Source: Psammoneis japonica (lineage: Eukaryota). Taken from it: a DNA stretch of 64,000 nucleotides. Position numbers and translations under genes: made by a program. Position 1 is the first letter of the stretch. The number at the start of each line of letters is the position of its first letter. The stretch spans positions 1 to 64,000 of the forward strand of contig QPGO01000112.1 of assembly GCA_008632985.1 (NCBI GenBank), in the 5' to 3' direction. Of this stretch, positions 63,035 to 64,000 are shown in pieces. A model generated the notes under the pieces. It did no database searches, had not been told where the DNA came from, and was given only the letters and a program-made list of their open reading frames with translations.

Positions 63035-64000
63035 CTACACGGCAAACGTTTTGCCAGATGCAGAGCTTCTCCCCCCCGACTTGGGGAGTAGACGCGATTT
63101 CTTCTTCCGATTCATGGCACCCGACATCGCCTTCCTCTTCTTCTTCTTCTTCTCCGATTCGTCCAAGTTGCATCTGCAGAGAAATTCCTCCCCGGGCATG
63201 ATTCGCTTCGTGACTGCCAAGCACCCGTCATTGTAGAACTCGCAGTTGTTGTCTGCGTGTTGGCTTGCCTTGATCTTCTTCTTGTCCTTGAACGACTCGG
63301 TGGCATCGTTCACGCAGTGCATTCCGAGGCAGAGTGGATGGGAATTCTTGTTCCCTGGACTGCTAAAATCAAGCAGTTTTGGCTCCACTGTGACGTGGCA
63401 GCCCTCACTGTCATGGATGGTGGAGCAGCACACGCTGTGGTCTTCTCCAAACTTGCTGTCGTGGTCGCACCACGAGCAGCTCCTTGTCGCACCGGGCACC
63501 CTGGGGCCCACGTAGATTCCAACCATGCTGCCTTTCTGGAACTGGCGCAAAGCAAAAAAACCAATGCCTGCACCCCTCCGTTGCGACACGCGCAGCTCAC
63601 CCACCTCCACCTCCTTGGGGCCTGCGGAGCGAATGGACTTTTCGAGGCAAAACAACGCAGGTTGAAGTGACACGGCGCCTCATCCAAATGTGCACACTTC
63701 TGCACTTGCTCTCTTCATGAGGTGGACCAGTGTGAGCAACCACCCCGCTTCGAAAGCCTCAACGGCGGTCTTGAACACTTTGTTGCTCTTCGGCGTCGAG
63801 TCTGGGATGCCCCTCTTGCCGACTTCCGTGCGGCACCTCCACACCCACTTGCAGTGTTCGCCGTGAGCATTCGCGACGGCTTCAGGGTCGCTCCTGATGC
63901 ACCCCAGTTCTCCCAGCACGGGGAACCAGAGGTCGGGATCACTCGGCGCATCCTTCATCAGGCACATGGACTCCTGGAAATTATCGGATTTTTCGTGCCG
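63035..64000 (-). pseudogene. SET-domain lysine methyltransferase (mutated; may start outside the window)
   Basis: GAGIGFFALRQFQKG...IYVG, GMHCVND, NNCEF, VTKRIMPGEEFLCRC (terminal Tyr->Cys); upstream ORF 63680-63967 in the same frame. Confidence 0.75.

Noticed and set aside
42300..64000. Classical RIP or 5mC deamination as sole explanation
   Set aside because: RIP would raise TpA and add stops. CpG is largely retained here, and direct TA/TG and TA/CA pairs exist between repeat copies.

Overview
Eukaryotic nuclear DNA, very probably from a diatom (ASAF-type bipartite plastid presequence on rpl28, CoDi-like Copia elements, short GT-AG introns). A compact host-gene core lies at about 26.9-42.3 kb: CDC40/PRP17, a Nudix hydrolase, plastid rpl28, RNR large subunit, PRPP synthetase, a DinB-like protein, RPL23 and a DUF1275-like membrane protein. 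A RING E3 ligase lies at 3.7-5.0 kb. Transposon blocks at 1-1.9, 5.4-24.9 and 42.3-64 kb hold RLE-type LINEs, two Copia elements, a full Gypsy element, MITEs and a Helitron-type Rep-helicase. Main observation: the repeat blocks, but not the host genes, have lost most TpA dinucleotides by TA->TG/CA transitions (A->G on either strand). This is a repeat-targeted hypermutation running opposite to fungal RIP. It turns conserved Tyr into Cys/His and leaves long ORFs open. Paired repeats (LTRs, tandem duplications, LINE copies) show it acted on DNA after insertion, and a ~2 kb unmutated island inside the Gypsy element hints that it depends on homology. Second observation: the Helitron-type helicase lies near an intronless DOT1-like / TET-JBP-like / SET gene trio, a possible mobile chromatin-modifier cassette. 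All family calls come from motif recognition by eye, not database searches.
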